Source of the DNA: an uncultured delta proteobacterium
GTDB lineage: Bacteria; Myxococcota; Myxococcia; SLRQ01
DNA length: 64,000 nt
Reading direction: 5' to 3'
Assembly (NCBI GenBank): GCA_963727485.1
Contig: CAVSGM010000003.1
Location: 608,001-672,000 of the forward strand
Shown here: positions 20,247 through 29,252 of the stretch, in pieces
Layout: each line of letters begins with the position of its first letter
Numbering within the stretch: the first letter of the stretch is position 1
The notes under the pieces: model-generated
Told to the model about the DNA's origin: nothing
The model's database searches: none
What the model saw: only the letters and a program-made list of their open reading frames with translations
Made by a program: the position numbers and the translations under genes

Positions 20247-23200
20247 ATGAGAAGCACCTGGAAGCACGCGGCTGCGGGCCTGGCCCTGGTGACGCTGGCC
20301 GTCACCGGTGGTTGCGACTGTGGCAAACAGACGAACACCTGCAGCCGGCCCACGGTGACCATCACCTCGCCGAAGGACGGGACCACCCTCTCGGCGGCCG
20401 ACGACAGCAACGCCAGCCTCGCCGGGGTGCAGGTGACCGTGAAGGCCACCACCGACACCTGCGTCCAGAACGACTCCACCGCCACCCTGGTGGTGAACGA
20501 CGACACCAACCTCGCCCGGTCGGCCTTCGTGACCGCCGGGAAGGTGAGCTTCCAGAACGTCACCCTGGTGCCCGCCGACGCCGCCGGCGACCTCACGATC
20601 ACCGTGAGCATCCGGGACAAGGGCACCGGGCTGGTGGCCAAGAGCACGGTGAACCTGGTGCTCCAGACCTCCGGGGGCCCGGTGTGCCGGTTCACGGCGC
20701 CCACCGACGGCCAGACCCTCGGCGCCTCCGACGACGCCGACGCCAACACCCCCGGCTTCCAGCACGACGTCACCGTCACCTGCGACACGGATCTCACCGG
20801 GACCCCGGCGAACCTCACCATCGACGGGGCGCCGGTGCCCTCGGCGATCTTCGCCGGGCAGACCGTGACCTTCCCCAAGGAGACCTTCTCCGAGGGGCAG
20901 AACGTCCTCTCGGCCTCGGTGGCCACCGGCGCCGGCACCTGGAACGGGAAGGCGAACGTCACCGTCGACACCCCCGCCTGCGAGATCCACCTCTCGCCCG
21001 CCGGGGCCAAGGTCTTCAACCTCGACGGCGACCCGCCCCGGCTCCCCGGGCGCCAGGCCATCGCCGACGCCGACGCCACCGCGCCGGGGATCCAGGCGGC
21101 GTTCACCGCCACCAGCCCCGACTGCCAGGGGAGCGACGCGGTGCTGGTGGTCGACGGCACCGACGCCAAGACGGTGAGCGTGACCGGGACGTCGGTGGAC
21201 TTCGGCACCGTGGATCTCCCGGATGGCACCGACGTCCCGGTGTGGATCGACGTGCGCCAGGCCACCGGGGGCACCGGGCCCACGGGTCGCTCGGTGACCC
21301 AGAGCTTCGTGGTCTCCTCGGCCCGGCCGTCGCCGGTGGTGACCTTCCCCGCCCAGAACGGGACCCTCGGGCCCGCCGCCGACACCGACGGCGATCCCTC
21401 CAACGGGATCCAGGCCGACCTCTTGGTCGAGGCGCCGAACCTCGCGGCGAACAGCAGCCAGACCGCAGGCGATGGCGCCCTCATCGAGGCGACCCTCACC
21501 GAGGTGTCCACGGGCACCCAGACCACCCTCACCTGCCTGGTGGGCGTGGACCACTGCGTCGACGCCACCGACCCCAACGTCTACCACCTGCCCCTGGACC
21601 TCGCGACCGACGGAGCCTGGAAGGTCACGGTGAAGGTGACGGGGCCCGCGGGGAACGTGGGCACCGCCGGCCCGGTGGACTTCGCCTCGAACGCCAACGC
21701 GGTGGGGGTCTCCATCGACTCGCCGGCGGCGGGGGCGAGCGTGAGCCTGGCCACCGCCGGGGTCACCGGGACCACGGTGCCGGTGCAGGTCTCCGCCCAG
21801 GGCGTGGCCGCGGGGGCGCCGGTGACGGTGCTGTGCACCGGGGCCACGGCGCCGGCCCAGGGCACCCTCGACGCCAGCGGCACCGCCACGGTCCCGGTGG
21901 ACTTCGGCAGCGCGCCCTGTGACGGGGTGCAGACCAGCTGCACCGCCACGGTGACCACCGGGGGCTCGGACCTCACCAGCGCCAAGGTCGACTTCCACGT
22001 GGACCTCACGGCGCCGACGCTGGCCATCGTGGCGCCGGCGGACGGGGCCACGGTCTTCGACTCCTCGGTCTCGGTGGAGGTGGTCAGCCAGTGCCTCGAG
22101 GACGGGCAGACCATCACCGTGACCAGCGACGGCGGCGCCACCGGGAGCGCCAAGGCGTCGGGGAACGCCGCGGTGGTGCCCCTGACCCTCCCCAGCGGCA
22201 CCCACGTGCTCACCGCCGCCGCCACCGACCAGGCGGGCAACCCGGCGACCAGCTCGCCTTCGAGCCTCACCGTCGACGCCAACCCCCCGAGCGTGGTCTT
22301 CGTGGCGCCCACCGACGCCCTGGTGCTCACCGGCGCCGACGACGCCGACACCTCGAAGGCCGGGTTCCAGCACGACGTGACCGTCCAGGTGGCCAACAAG
22401 CCCGCGGGCACCGAGGTGGTGCTCCTGGTGGGCTACGACGACGGGGGCCAGACCGTGTGGCGCGCGCCCCTGGGGCCGGTGGCCACCTCGGGGGCCAGCC
22501 TCAAGGCGACCTTCCCGGCGGTGGATCTCCCGGAGGGGGCGTTCCAGCTCGAGGCGGTGGCGACGGGTCCCTCGGGGCTCAAGGGCCAGAAGACCATCGG
22601 GCTCACGGTGAACACGGGGCTGCCCAGCTGCAACATCGTGGCGCCCACCGACGGCGCCTCCCTGGGGCTCCCCGCCGACGCCAACGCCAATCCCTCGGAC
22701 GGGATCCAGACCGACGTCCGGGTGCGGACCTCGGCGGCCGACGGCAAGACGGTCTCCCTGACCCTGGTCGACGGGACGGGGACCAGCCACACCCTCACCG
22801 GGACGGTGAGCGGCGGCGAGGCGGTGTTCTCCTCGGTGTCGTTCACCACGGCGACCGGGTCGCAGACCGGGCAGAACACCCTGGACGCGGTGTGTGACGC
22901 CGGGAGCGCCAGCCCCGGCCACGCCCTGACCAACCAGGTCGACGTGGACCTCGAGCCGCCGGCGGCGGCGCTGGTGACCCCGGTGGACGGCACGGTGTTC
23001 AACGCCGCCAGCCTCGACCAGAGCGCCGACCCCGGGTTCCAGGTGGACGTGGTGGCCAAGGCCACCAACCCCTCCAGTGGCCAGAGCGTGAAGGTGGGCG
23101 CCACCGGGACGTTGTCGGTGACCTGCGGGGGCCAGGCGCAGGCGCCGCAGACCACGACCTTCGACACCTGGCAGGGCCAGATCGAGGCGCGGTTCAAGGC

Positions 23201-26200
23201 GACCCTGGTGGACCAGCAGAGCTGCACCTTGAGCTTCGTGGCCACGGACCTCGCCGGCAACAAGAGCGCCCCGGCGACGGCGACGGTGGCGGTGGACCGG
23301 GTGCCGCCGACGGTGGCGATCTCGGCGCCGGCGGACGGGACCCTCTTCGGGGCGGTGGACGACGCCTCGGCGGGGACCGCCGGGTTCCAGCACGACGTGA
23401 CGGTGACCTACTCGGGGGTGGAGAGCGGTCAGCCGGTGCACCTGTTCTTCACCCGGCTCTCCGCCGGGGGCACTGCGGTGGAGGATCCCGGCAGCCCGCA
23501 CACGGTGGGGTCGGGGTCGCTGACCGGCTACACCTTCCCGGCGGTCACCTACACGCCGAACACCGATGACCAGGTGACGATCCAGGTGACGGTGACCGAC
23601 GCCGCCGGGAACCAGGCCTCGGCGTCGGTGGGGGTCACGGTGGACATGACGGCGCCGCAGGTGGCCATCACCCGGCCCACCAGCGGGGGCGCGTGCATCA
23701 ACGTGTTCAACGACTTCGACTTCTCCAAGCCGGGGATCCAGACCCAGGTGAACGTCGACACCTCGGGGGTGGCCAACGGGCTGCCGCTGACCTTGTGCAG
23801 CACCACGGGGACGGGGACGGCCTGCGGGACCAGCGGCTTCTTCCAGGTGGCCCAGAGCACGGTGAGCGGGAACACGGTGTTCTTCCAGTCCATCGACCTC
23901 ACCGAGGGCAGCCAGCAGCTCGAGGCCGAGAGCGCCGACCAGGCCGGCAACACCGCGGCCTCGGCGCCGGTGACGGTGTGCGCCGACTCCATTCCCCCGG
24001 TGGTCACGGCGCTGACGGTGCCCGCGGACACCAACGGGGACGGGTCGGTGAGCGCCGCCGAGCTCCAGGCGGCCGGCGGCCAGCTCTGCTTCGACGCCGC
24101 GGTGACCGGGGCCGACGGGCGGACCCTGACGATCTACACGAACAACCCGGCGGCCAAGACGGTGGTGGGCACGGGGACGGTGTCGGGTGGCGCGGTGCAG
24201 GTGTGCGGGAGCGTGCCCGAGGGCGGGCAGCAGATCACCGCCTATGTCACCGACGTCAACGGCAACCCCAACCTCAACGCCTCGAACCCGACCATCACCG
24301 ATCCGGCGGCGGTGATCCCGCTGGTGAAGGACACGGTGCCGCCGACCCTCACGGTGACGGCGCCCAGCGGCACGGTGCTCAACGGGACCACGGACGGGAA
24401 CACGGCGACGCCCGCGTGGGACGGGGCGTTCACGGTCGCGAGTGACGCCGAGGGCCAGACGGTCACCTTCACGGTGGACGGGGCCGCGGCGGGCACGGCG
24501 GTGGTCACGGGGGGCACGGCGAGCGTGAACGTGTCGCTCGGGAACAACACCAGCCACACCCTGGCGGCGGTGGTCACGGACGCGGCGGGGAACCAGAGCA
24601 CGGTGTCCCAGACGGTGCAGGTGGACACCACGCCGCCGACGGTGACGATCACCTCGCCGACGGGCGGGAGCTTCGTGAACACCAACTCGGTGGCGGTGAC
24701 GGTGAACGTGACCGGCTCCTCGGCGGGGAGCCCGCTGACGATCACGCGGACGGACACCTCGACCCAGCTCGCCAGCACCACGGTGGCGGCGACCCAGCCG
24801 CAGACGGTGACGGTGAACATCGCCGACGGGACGCCCACCCTGGTGGCCACGGCCCAGGACTCGGCGGGCAACGTCGGGACCTCGAGCCCGGTGAGCTTCA
24901 CGGTGAAGACCACCGGCTGCTCCATCGTGTTCGTGACGCCGTCGACGGCGACGGTCACCTGGAACGCCTCGGACGACGCCGACCCGGCGACGCCGGGCCT
25001 CCAGACGACCCTGGTCGCCGAGACCAGCAACTGCCAGGGCCGGACCATCACCCTCCTGAAGAACGGCACCCAGGTGGCGGCGACCGCCTCGGCCGCGGGC
25101 ACCGGCCAGGCCTCGTTCCCGGTGACCCTGAACGACGGCGAGACCGGGACCTTCACCGCCCAGATGACCGACCAGGCGAACAACGTCACCTCGTCGAGCT
25201 TCACCTTCACGGTGGACATCACCGCGCCGACCCTGGCGTGGACCGCGCCGACGGCCACCAAGCTCGCCTACGTGACGGCCACCAACCCCACGGTGGGCAC
25301 GGTGGTGAACGGGTACCTGCGCATCGCCGACACCGGCGCCGCGCCGGGGGCCCAGGCGTCGTTGTCCTTCGACGCGACGGGCGCGCAGGGTGGGACCCTG
25401 GTGATCACCCTGGGCGCCACCACGGTCTACTCGGCCTCGGTGACCGCCGACCCCCAGACCGTGACGCAGACGGTGACCCTGCCCCAGGACGCGGCGGGGA
25501 CCCTCACCGCGACGCTGACCGACGCCGCCGGGAACGCGGTCAGCGTGACCCGCGACGTCCTGGTGGACGTGGTGGCGCCGGCCGCCCCGACGGTGACGAC
25601 GTCACTGGTGAACGACCGGACGGCGACGGTGGGCGTGACCTGGACCGCGGTCGGCGACGACGGGGCCGCCACCGGCACCCCGGCGGGCTACGAGGTCCGC
25701 TGGGCTACGTCCCCGATCACCGACGACGCCACGTTCTCCACCGCGACCCTGGCGACCACCGCGGCGCCCACGGCCACGTCGTACTCCCTGACGCCGCTGC
25801 CGCCGCTGAACACCTACTCGGTGGCGGTGCGGGCCAAGGACGAGCTGGACAACATGTCCCCGGTGACCGTGGGGACCGACGTGGCCAGCCAGGCGAACAT
25901 GTGGACCGAGCAGCTGATCAATGGCGAAGGCGGGTACTTTGCCTTCGGCATGACAAGTCGAGGTGCAGACCTCAACCATGACGGCTACGACGACCTTGTC
26001 GTCGGTGCCTACAACTACACGGTCTCCAATCCGTCGTCTGGAACGGGGGCGGGCCGTGGCGCCGTCTACATCGTCTACGGGGGACCGGATCCGACCAATC
26101 TCACCGTGCAGAAGATCGTCGGCCAGACCGACGGTGAGAACTTCGGATACCGGATCGACACCGGCGACGTGAACGGCGACGGCATCCCCGATCTCATCGT

Positions 26201-27194
26201 TGGTGGCGCCGGCTACAACTCGGGCCAGGGTCGCGCCTTCATCTACTTCGGCGTGGACAGCACCAAGGGCGTGACCCAGATCAATTCCGCCAGTGCCATC
26301 GAGCTCCGCGGCACCAACGCCACCACCGGACAGTTCGGGCGGTCGTTCGCGGTCGTCGGTGACGTGAACGGCGATGGCATCCAGGACCTGGCGGTATCCG
26401 CCCGGCAGGAGGGGCCGAACAAGGAAGGCAAGGTCTACGTCTTCTACGGGCGCTCGGCGGCCACATGGCAGTCGGACGCCACGGCGAAGGGCTACCTGGA
26501 CACCAGCGATGCCAACCTGAGCTTCATCGGGACCACCACGGACGGCAACTTCGGCTACCGCTTCGGCCTCGCCGGCATTGGGGACATCGACGGTGACGGC
26601 AAGAGCGACCTGGTAATTCCGCAGTACTACACGGACCCGTCCAGCGTCGCGAGCAACAGCCTCTACGTGTTCCGCAGCTCGGACTTCCTGACCGCGGCCC
26701 AACCGGTGCCGGCGAGCGCGGCATTCCAGCATCTGGTGCCGACCGGATCGAGTCGCATCGGGTTCGATGGCCTGACCCTCTCACCGGACGGTACCTCCAA
26801 CTACCTCGTCGAGACGGACATCGCGGCAGCCACGGCGCGGCTCTACTCCATCGGGAGCAGTGGTCTGGCGACGCCTCCCGCCGAGTCCCTCGCCGCGCCG
26901 CCAGTCACGACCAACTACGGATACAGCGTCGCAGCCGGGGACTTGAACGGAGACGGCCGAACCGACCTCGTCCTGGGGAGCAATGGCTCGGCTACCAACA
27001 AGGTCTACCTTTATTTCAATCGCGGACAGAGCCCATTCTTCGGCAACGGTGCTCCTGATACAACTCTCCAGCGTACTGGCTTCTTCGGGACCAGCGTCTG
27101 GGTGGGTGACATCAACGGGGACGGCAAGCTGGACCTTGCAGCGGGCGCCGTGAACGACAATGGGGGCTTGGGCTACGTTCATATCTGGTACTAG
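20247..27194 (+). CDS. Giant (~2315 aa) surface lipoprotein: many Ig-like repeats, EF-hand-like loop, FN3 domain, C-terminal FG-GAP (integrin-alpha-like) beta-propeller
   Basis: Lipoprotein signal ...LAVTGGC-DC. Thr/Val-rich beta repeats (ATDxAGN; VDxTPPTVTITSP). DTNGDGSVSAAEL at ~24027. FN3-like WTAVGDDG...YEVRW...YSVAVRAKDE. Several GDxNGDGxxDLxVG and GAVYIVYG repeats. GGAGG RBS before ATG 20247. Confidence 0.9.
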   Translation: MRSTWKHAAAGLALVTLAVTGGCDCGKQTNTCSRPTVTITSPKDGTTLSAADDSNASLAGVQVTVKATTDTCVQNDSTATLVVNDDTNLARSAFVTAGKVSFQNVTLVPADAAGDLTITVSIRDKGTGLVAKSTVNLVLQTSGGPVCRFTAPTDGQTLGASDDADANTPGFQHDVTVTCDTDLTGTPANLTIDGAPVPSAIFAGQTVTFPKETFSEGQNVLSASVATGAGTWNGKANVTVDTPACEIHLSPAGAKVFNLDGDPPRLPGRQAIADADATAPGIQAAFTATSPDCQGSDAVLVVDGTDAKTVSVTGTSVDFGTVDLPDGTDVPVWIDVRQATGGTGPTGRSVTQSFVVSSARPSPVVTFPAQNGTLGPAADTDGDPSNGIQADLLVEAPNLAANSSQTAGDGALIEATLTEVSTGTQTTLTCLVGVDHCVDATDPNVYHLPLDLATDGAWKVTVKVTGPAGNVGTAGPVDFASNANAVGVSIDSPAAGASVSLATAGVTGTTVPVQVSAQGVAAGAPVTVLCTGATAPAQGTLDASGTATVPVDFGSAPCDGVQTSCTATVTTGGSDLTSAKVDFHVDLTAPTLAIVAPADGATVFDSSVSVEVVSQCLEDGQTITVTSDGGATGSAKASGNAAVVPLTLPSGTHVLTAAATDQAGNPATSSPSSLTVDANPPSVVFVAPTDALVLTGADDADTSKAGFQHDVTVQVANKPAGTEVVLLVGYDDGGQTVWRAPLGPVATSGASLKATFPAVDLPEGAFQLEAVATGPSGLKGQKTIGLTVNTGLPSCNIVAPTDGASLGLPADANANPSDGIQTDVRVRTSAADGKTVSLTLVDGTGTSHTLTGTVSGGEAVFSSVSFTTATGSQTGQNTLDAVCDAGSASPGHALTNQVDVDLEPPAAALVTPVDGTVFNAASLDQSADPGFQVDVVAKATNPSSGQSVKVGATGTLSVTCGGQAQAPQTTTFDTWQGQIEARFKATLVDQQSCTLSFVATDLAGNKSAPATATVAVDRVPPTVAISAPADGTLFGAVDDASAGTAGFQHDVTVTYSGVESGQPVHLFFTRLSAGGTAVEDPGSPHTVGSGSLTGYTFPAVTYTPNTDDQVTIQVTVTDAAGNQASASVGVTVDMTAPQVAITRPTSGGACINVFNDFDFSKPGIQTQVNVDTSGVANGLPLTLCSTTGTGTACGTSGFFQVAQSTVSGNTVFFQSIDLTEGSQQLEAESADQAGNTAASAPVTVCADSIPPVVTALTVPADTNGDGSVSAAELQAAGGQLCFDAAVTGADGRTLTIYTNNPAAKTVVGTGTVSGGAVQVCGSVPEGGQQITAYVTDVNGNPNLNASNPTITDPAAVIPLVKDTVPPTLTVTAPSGTVLNGTTDGNTATPAWDGAFTVASDAEGQTVTFTVDGAAAGTAVVTGGTASVNVSLGNNTSHTLAAVVTDAAGNQSTVSQTVQVDTTPPTVTITSPTGGSFVNTNSVAVTVNVTGSSAGSPLTITRTDTSTQLASTTVAATQPQTVTVNIADGTPTLVATAQDSAGNVGTSSPVSFTVKTTGCSIVFVTPSTATVTWNASDDADPATPGLQTTLVAETSNCQGRTITLLKNGTQVAATASAAGTGQASFPVTLNDGETGTFTAQMTDQANNVTSSSFTFTVDITAPTLAWTAPTATKLAYVTATNPTVGTVVNGYLRIADTGAAPGAQASLSFDATGAQGGTLVITLGATTVYSASVTADPQTVTQTVTLPQDAAGTLTATLTDAAGNAVSVTRDVLVDVVAPAAPTVTTSLVNDRTATVGVTWTAVGDDGAATGTPAGYEVRWATSPITDDATFSTATLATTAAPTATSYSLTPLPPLNTYSVAVRAKDELDNMSPVTVGTDVASQANMWTEQLINGEGGYFAFGMTSRGADLNHDGYDDLVVGAYNYTVSNPSSGTGAGRGAVYIVYGGPDPTNLTVQKIVGQTDGENFGYRIDTGDVNGDGIPDLIVGGAGYNSGQGRAFIYFGVDSTKGVTQINSASAIELRGTNATTGQFGRSFAVVGDVNGDGIQDLAVSARQEGPNKEGKVYVFYGRSAATWQSDATAKGYLDTSDANLSFIGTTTDGNFGYRFGLAGIGDIDGDGKSDLVIPQYYTDPSSVASNSLYVFRSSDFLTAAQPVPASAAFQHLVPTGSSRIGFDGLTLSPDGTSNYLVETDIAAATARLYSIGSSGLATPPAESLAAPPVTTNYGYSVAAGDLNGDGRTDLVLGSNGSATNKVYLYFNRGQSPFFGNGAPDTTLQRTGFFGTSVWVGDINGDGKLDLAAGAVNDNGGLGYVHIWY

Positions 27195-27202
27195 GTGAGA
27201 AC

Positions 27203-27364
27203 ATGGAAGAGTCGCGCAACAAGGAGCAGCGTCGGCGGTACGCGCCTCCGGCGGTCTCCACCGAGAGCCTGCCGCTGCTGCCGCTCGTGGAGTTGACCTC
27301 GGGCGGCACGGGCATCGGTGGCAACAGTCTGCCGAAGAAGCCAGGGCAACCACCCCCGCAGTAA
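27203..27364 (+). CDS. Putative RiPP precursor peptide, 53 aa (not in the ORF track): MEESRNKEQRRRYAPPAVSTESLPLLPLVELTSGGTGIGGNSLPKKPGQPPPQ
   Basis: ATG 8 nt after the giant gene's stop, with an AGGTGAG RBS-like site. Basic stretch plus YxxP motif and LxxLT-S|G, like RRE-binding lasso-type leaders. Gly/Ser/Thr/Lys/Pro-rich putative core. Flanked by PqqD and kinase genes. Confidence 0.75.
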   Translation: MEESRNKEQRRRYAPPAVSTESLPLLPLVELTSGGTGIGGNSLPKKPGQPPPQ

Positions 27365-27413
27365 CGCTGGGTGACGTCCGCGAGGCTCGCTACGTGTCTC
27401 CCGATCTTGAGCC

Positions 27414-28070
27414 ATGGACTGCCGCCGGTCCCTGGGGGCTCGTGCGGGTCGAGCGCGGTCGCCCAGACGTGGTGGACTGCGGATCGCAGTAGGCACCGCC
27501 AGACCAGTTGGAGTGGAGGTTTCTGGCGAACGGTACTTGGTGGCGCCCTGTCCCGATGGGGTCATGGGGCTGGTCCAACGCGCCATCCTGGCCGCGCATG
27601 TTGAATCGAGCGGGGGCTTTGTACTTCACGCCTCGGCGGTCGTCTCCGAGGGCGTTGACGCAACCCTCTTTCTGGGGCGGAGCGGGTCGGGCAAGACCAC
27701 GGTCTCCACCCAGGCGAAGGGCGCCCTTCTTGGGGACGACACCGTCGTCATCTGGCGCGGCGAGAGGGGCCTGGAAGTGGTTTCCACACCCTTTGTGAGC
27801 GATGGCGGGCGCTTGGCGGAGACACGCAGCGGGACGCCGCGCGCCGTGTGTACGCTTCGGTGGGGCACTTCGCCTCGGCTAGATCGCCTTGACGACCGCG
27901 TCGCGTTGCGGGCGCTGGTGGAGAGCATCTATCGTCCACTCGGTCCGACCCTCAACCTGGCGGTCGCCAAGAGCCTCTTGGATCTCGTCGGCATGACCAG
28001 GGCGTACCGGCTCACCTTCCCTCGCGAGTACCGCTTCGATCCATCGATTTTCGAGACCGAGGCAGGGTGA
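27414..28070 (+). CDS. HPr kinase-related P-loop protein (HprK-related/ScmC-like)
   Basis: LHASAV, Walker A GRSGSGKTT, LLGDD and STPF, the HprK-like signature. N-terminus uncertain (may begin at GTG 27371 with a frameshift). Confidence 0.8.
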   Translation: MDCRRSLGARAGRARSPRRGGLRIAVGTARPVGVEVSGERYLVAPCPDGVMGLVQRAILAAHVESSGGFVLHASAVVSEGVDATLFLGRSGSGKTTVSTQAKGALLGDDTVVIWRGERGLEVVSTPFVSDGGRLAETRSGTPRAVCTLRWGTSPRLDRLDDRVALRALVESIYRPLGPTLNLAVAKSLLDLVGMTRAYRLTFPREYRFDPSIFETEAG

Positions 28071-28081
28071 ACGTCGCTCCT

Positions 28082-29176
28082 CTAGAGAAGCAAGGGGAAC
28101 GGGATGGGTGCGCTGAGGGCTGACTCACCTGCGGTCTCGCGCGCCCAGCCCAGGGCGTCGTCAATCTCCCCGCCATGCCGCGACCGAAGCTCGGCCAGCT
28201 CCGTGGCCCTCTCCGTGCGTCCGTAGGTCCGTCCGGACTTGGCATGTCTCCCGAGCAGAGGGGCCAATCGCGTCTCCGCATCCGGGATCGCCTCCAGGCC
28301 GAAGAAGCTGGCCGCGGCGTCGACCGCGGCCCCGACGTCCTGTACCAACCGCTCGGTGGACAGCGTCCGTAGCCGGTCCGCTCCGAGCTTCGCCGAGGCA
28401 TCCCGAATCGCAGACATGTGACTGGTCCAGAGCGCGACCGCGATGCGGCCTGGAGGCATCTGGGGATGGGGCATCTCGGCGCCAGGGACCAGCGGCAAGA
28501 ACCCGCGCTCGAACCACGTGGCCCGTTGTCGGAGCCACTCACGGCGCTCCTCCGACTTGATGGCGGACGCGATGAAGGTGGCGGGGGAGGTGAAGAGGAA
28601 GATGCCCCGGCTCTCGGGCCGGGCACGGAAGAGCTGTTCCAGCCCGAGCGTCGCCGAATCGGACGCCTTGACGATGGTCGCTACCTGGCCGGTTCGGTGG
28701 CGCGCCAGGAGATGGAGAACCAGCCGCAGGGCCTCGATGGCCTCTTGGCGGCGGGTCGGCTCGCTCGCCGTCTTGGCGAGGGCCTTCACGGCGCCGTGGA
28801 GCCCCTCCGGTTCTCGGCGAGCCAGCGAGCGCGTTGTTGCCGCGAGGGCTCGAGACATCAGCGTGGACCCGCAAAACGCGTGGTGAAGGATGAAGTGCAG
28901 GGGGTCCGAAGGGGGCCTCGCCTGTGCGAATCGTCTGAGGAGGTAGGGGAGCGGTAGAAGGATCGCGTCTGGCGTCGCCTCTCGAATGGCCACCACGCCA
29001 TGGAAGGCCAGGGCGGCATGACGCGCCCAGTCTGCCGGCACGAAACCCATCGTGCCCTCCTCGAGGTCGACCGTGACCGGCTCGAGATCGGGCGACTCGA
29101 AGAGGTGAGCGAGCTGGGCGACCAACCGCTGCGCAGCTTCGGGGTCGTTGATCGCTGGACGGCCAGGCTTCTCCAC
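28082..29176 (-). CDS. Sulfotransferase-like P-loop protein
   Basis: FILHHAFCGSTLMSRAL (5'-PAPS-binding-like RxGST/CGST loop), REP, IVKxS and IFLFTSPATFIAS (LxRxP-like 3'-phosphate motif, Arg absent). Start inferred at GTG 29176. Confidence 0.65.
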   Translation of the reverse strand: MEKPGRPAINDPEAAQRLVAQLAHLFESPDLEPVTVDLEEGTMGFVPADWARHAALAFHGVVAIREATPDAILLPLPYLLRRFAQARPPSDPLHFILHHAFCGSTLMSRALAATTRSLARREPEGLHGAVKALAKTASEPTRRQEAIEALRLVLHLLARHRTGQVATIVKASDSATLGLEQLFRARPESRGIFLFTSPATFIASAIKSEERREWLRQRATWFERGFLPLVPGAEMPHPQMPPGRIAVALWTSHMSAIRDASAKLGADRLRTLSTERLVQDVGAAVDAAASFFGLEAIPDAETRLAPLLGRHAKSGRTYGRTERATELAELRSRHGGEIDDALGWARETAGESALSAPIPFPLLL

Positions 29177-29252
29177 GGCGCAAGTGTAGGCGAGCACCCT
29201 CGGCGCCACCAATCGCTGGCTTGGCGTGCTAGCCTCGGGGCCAGGCAACTCC

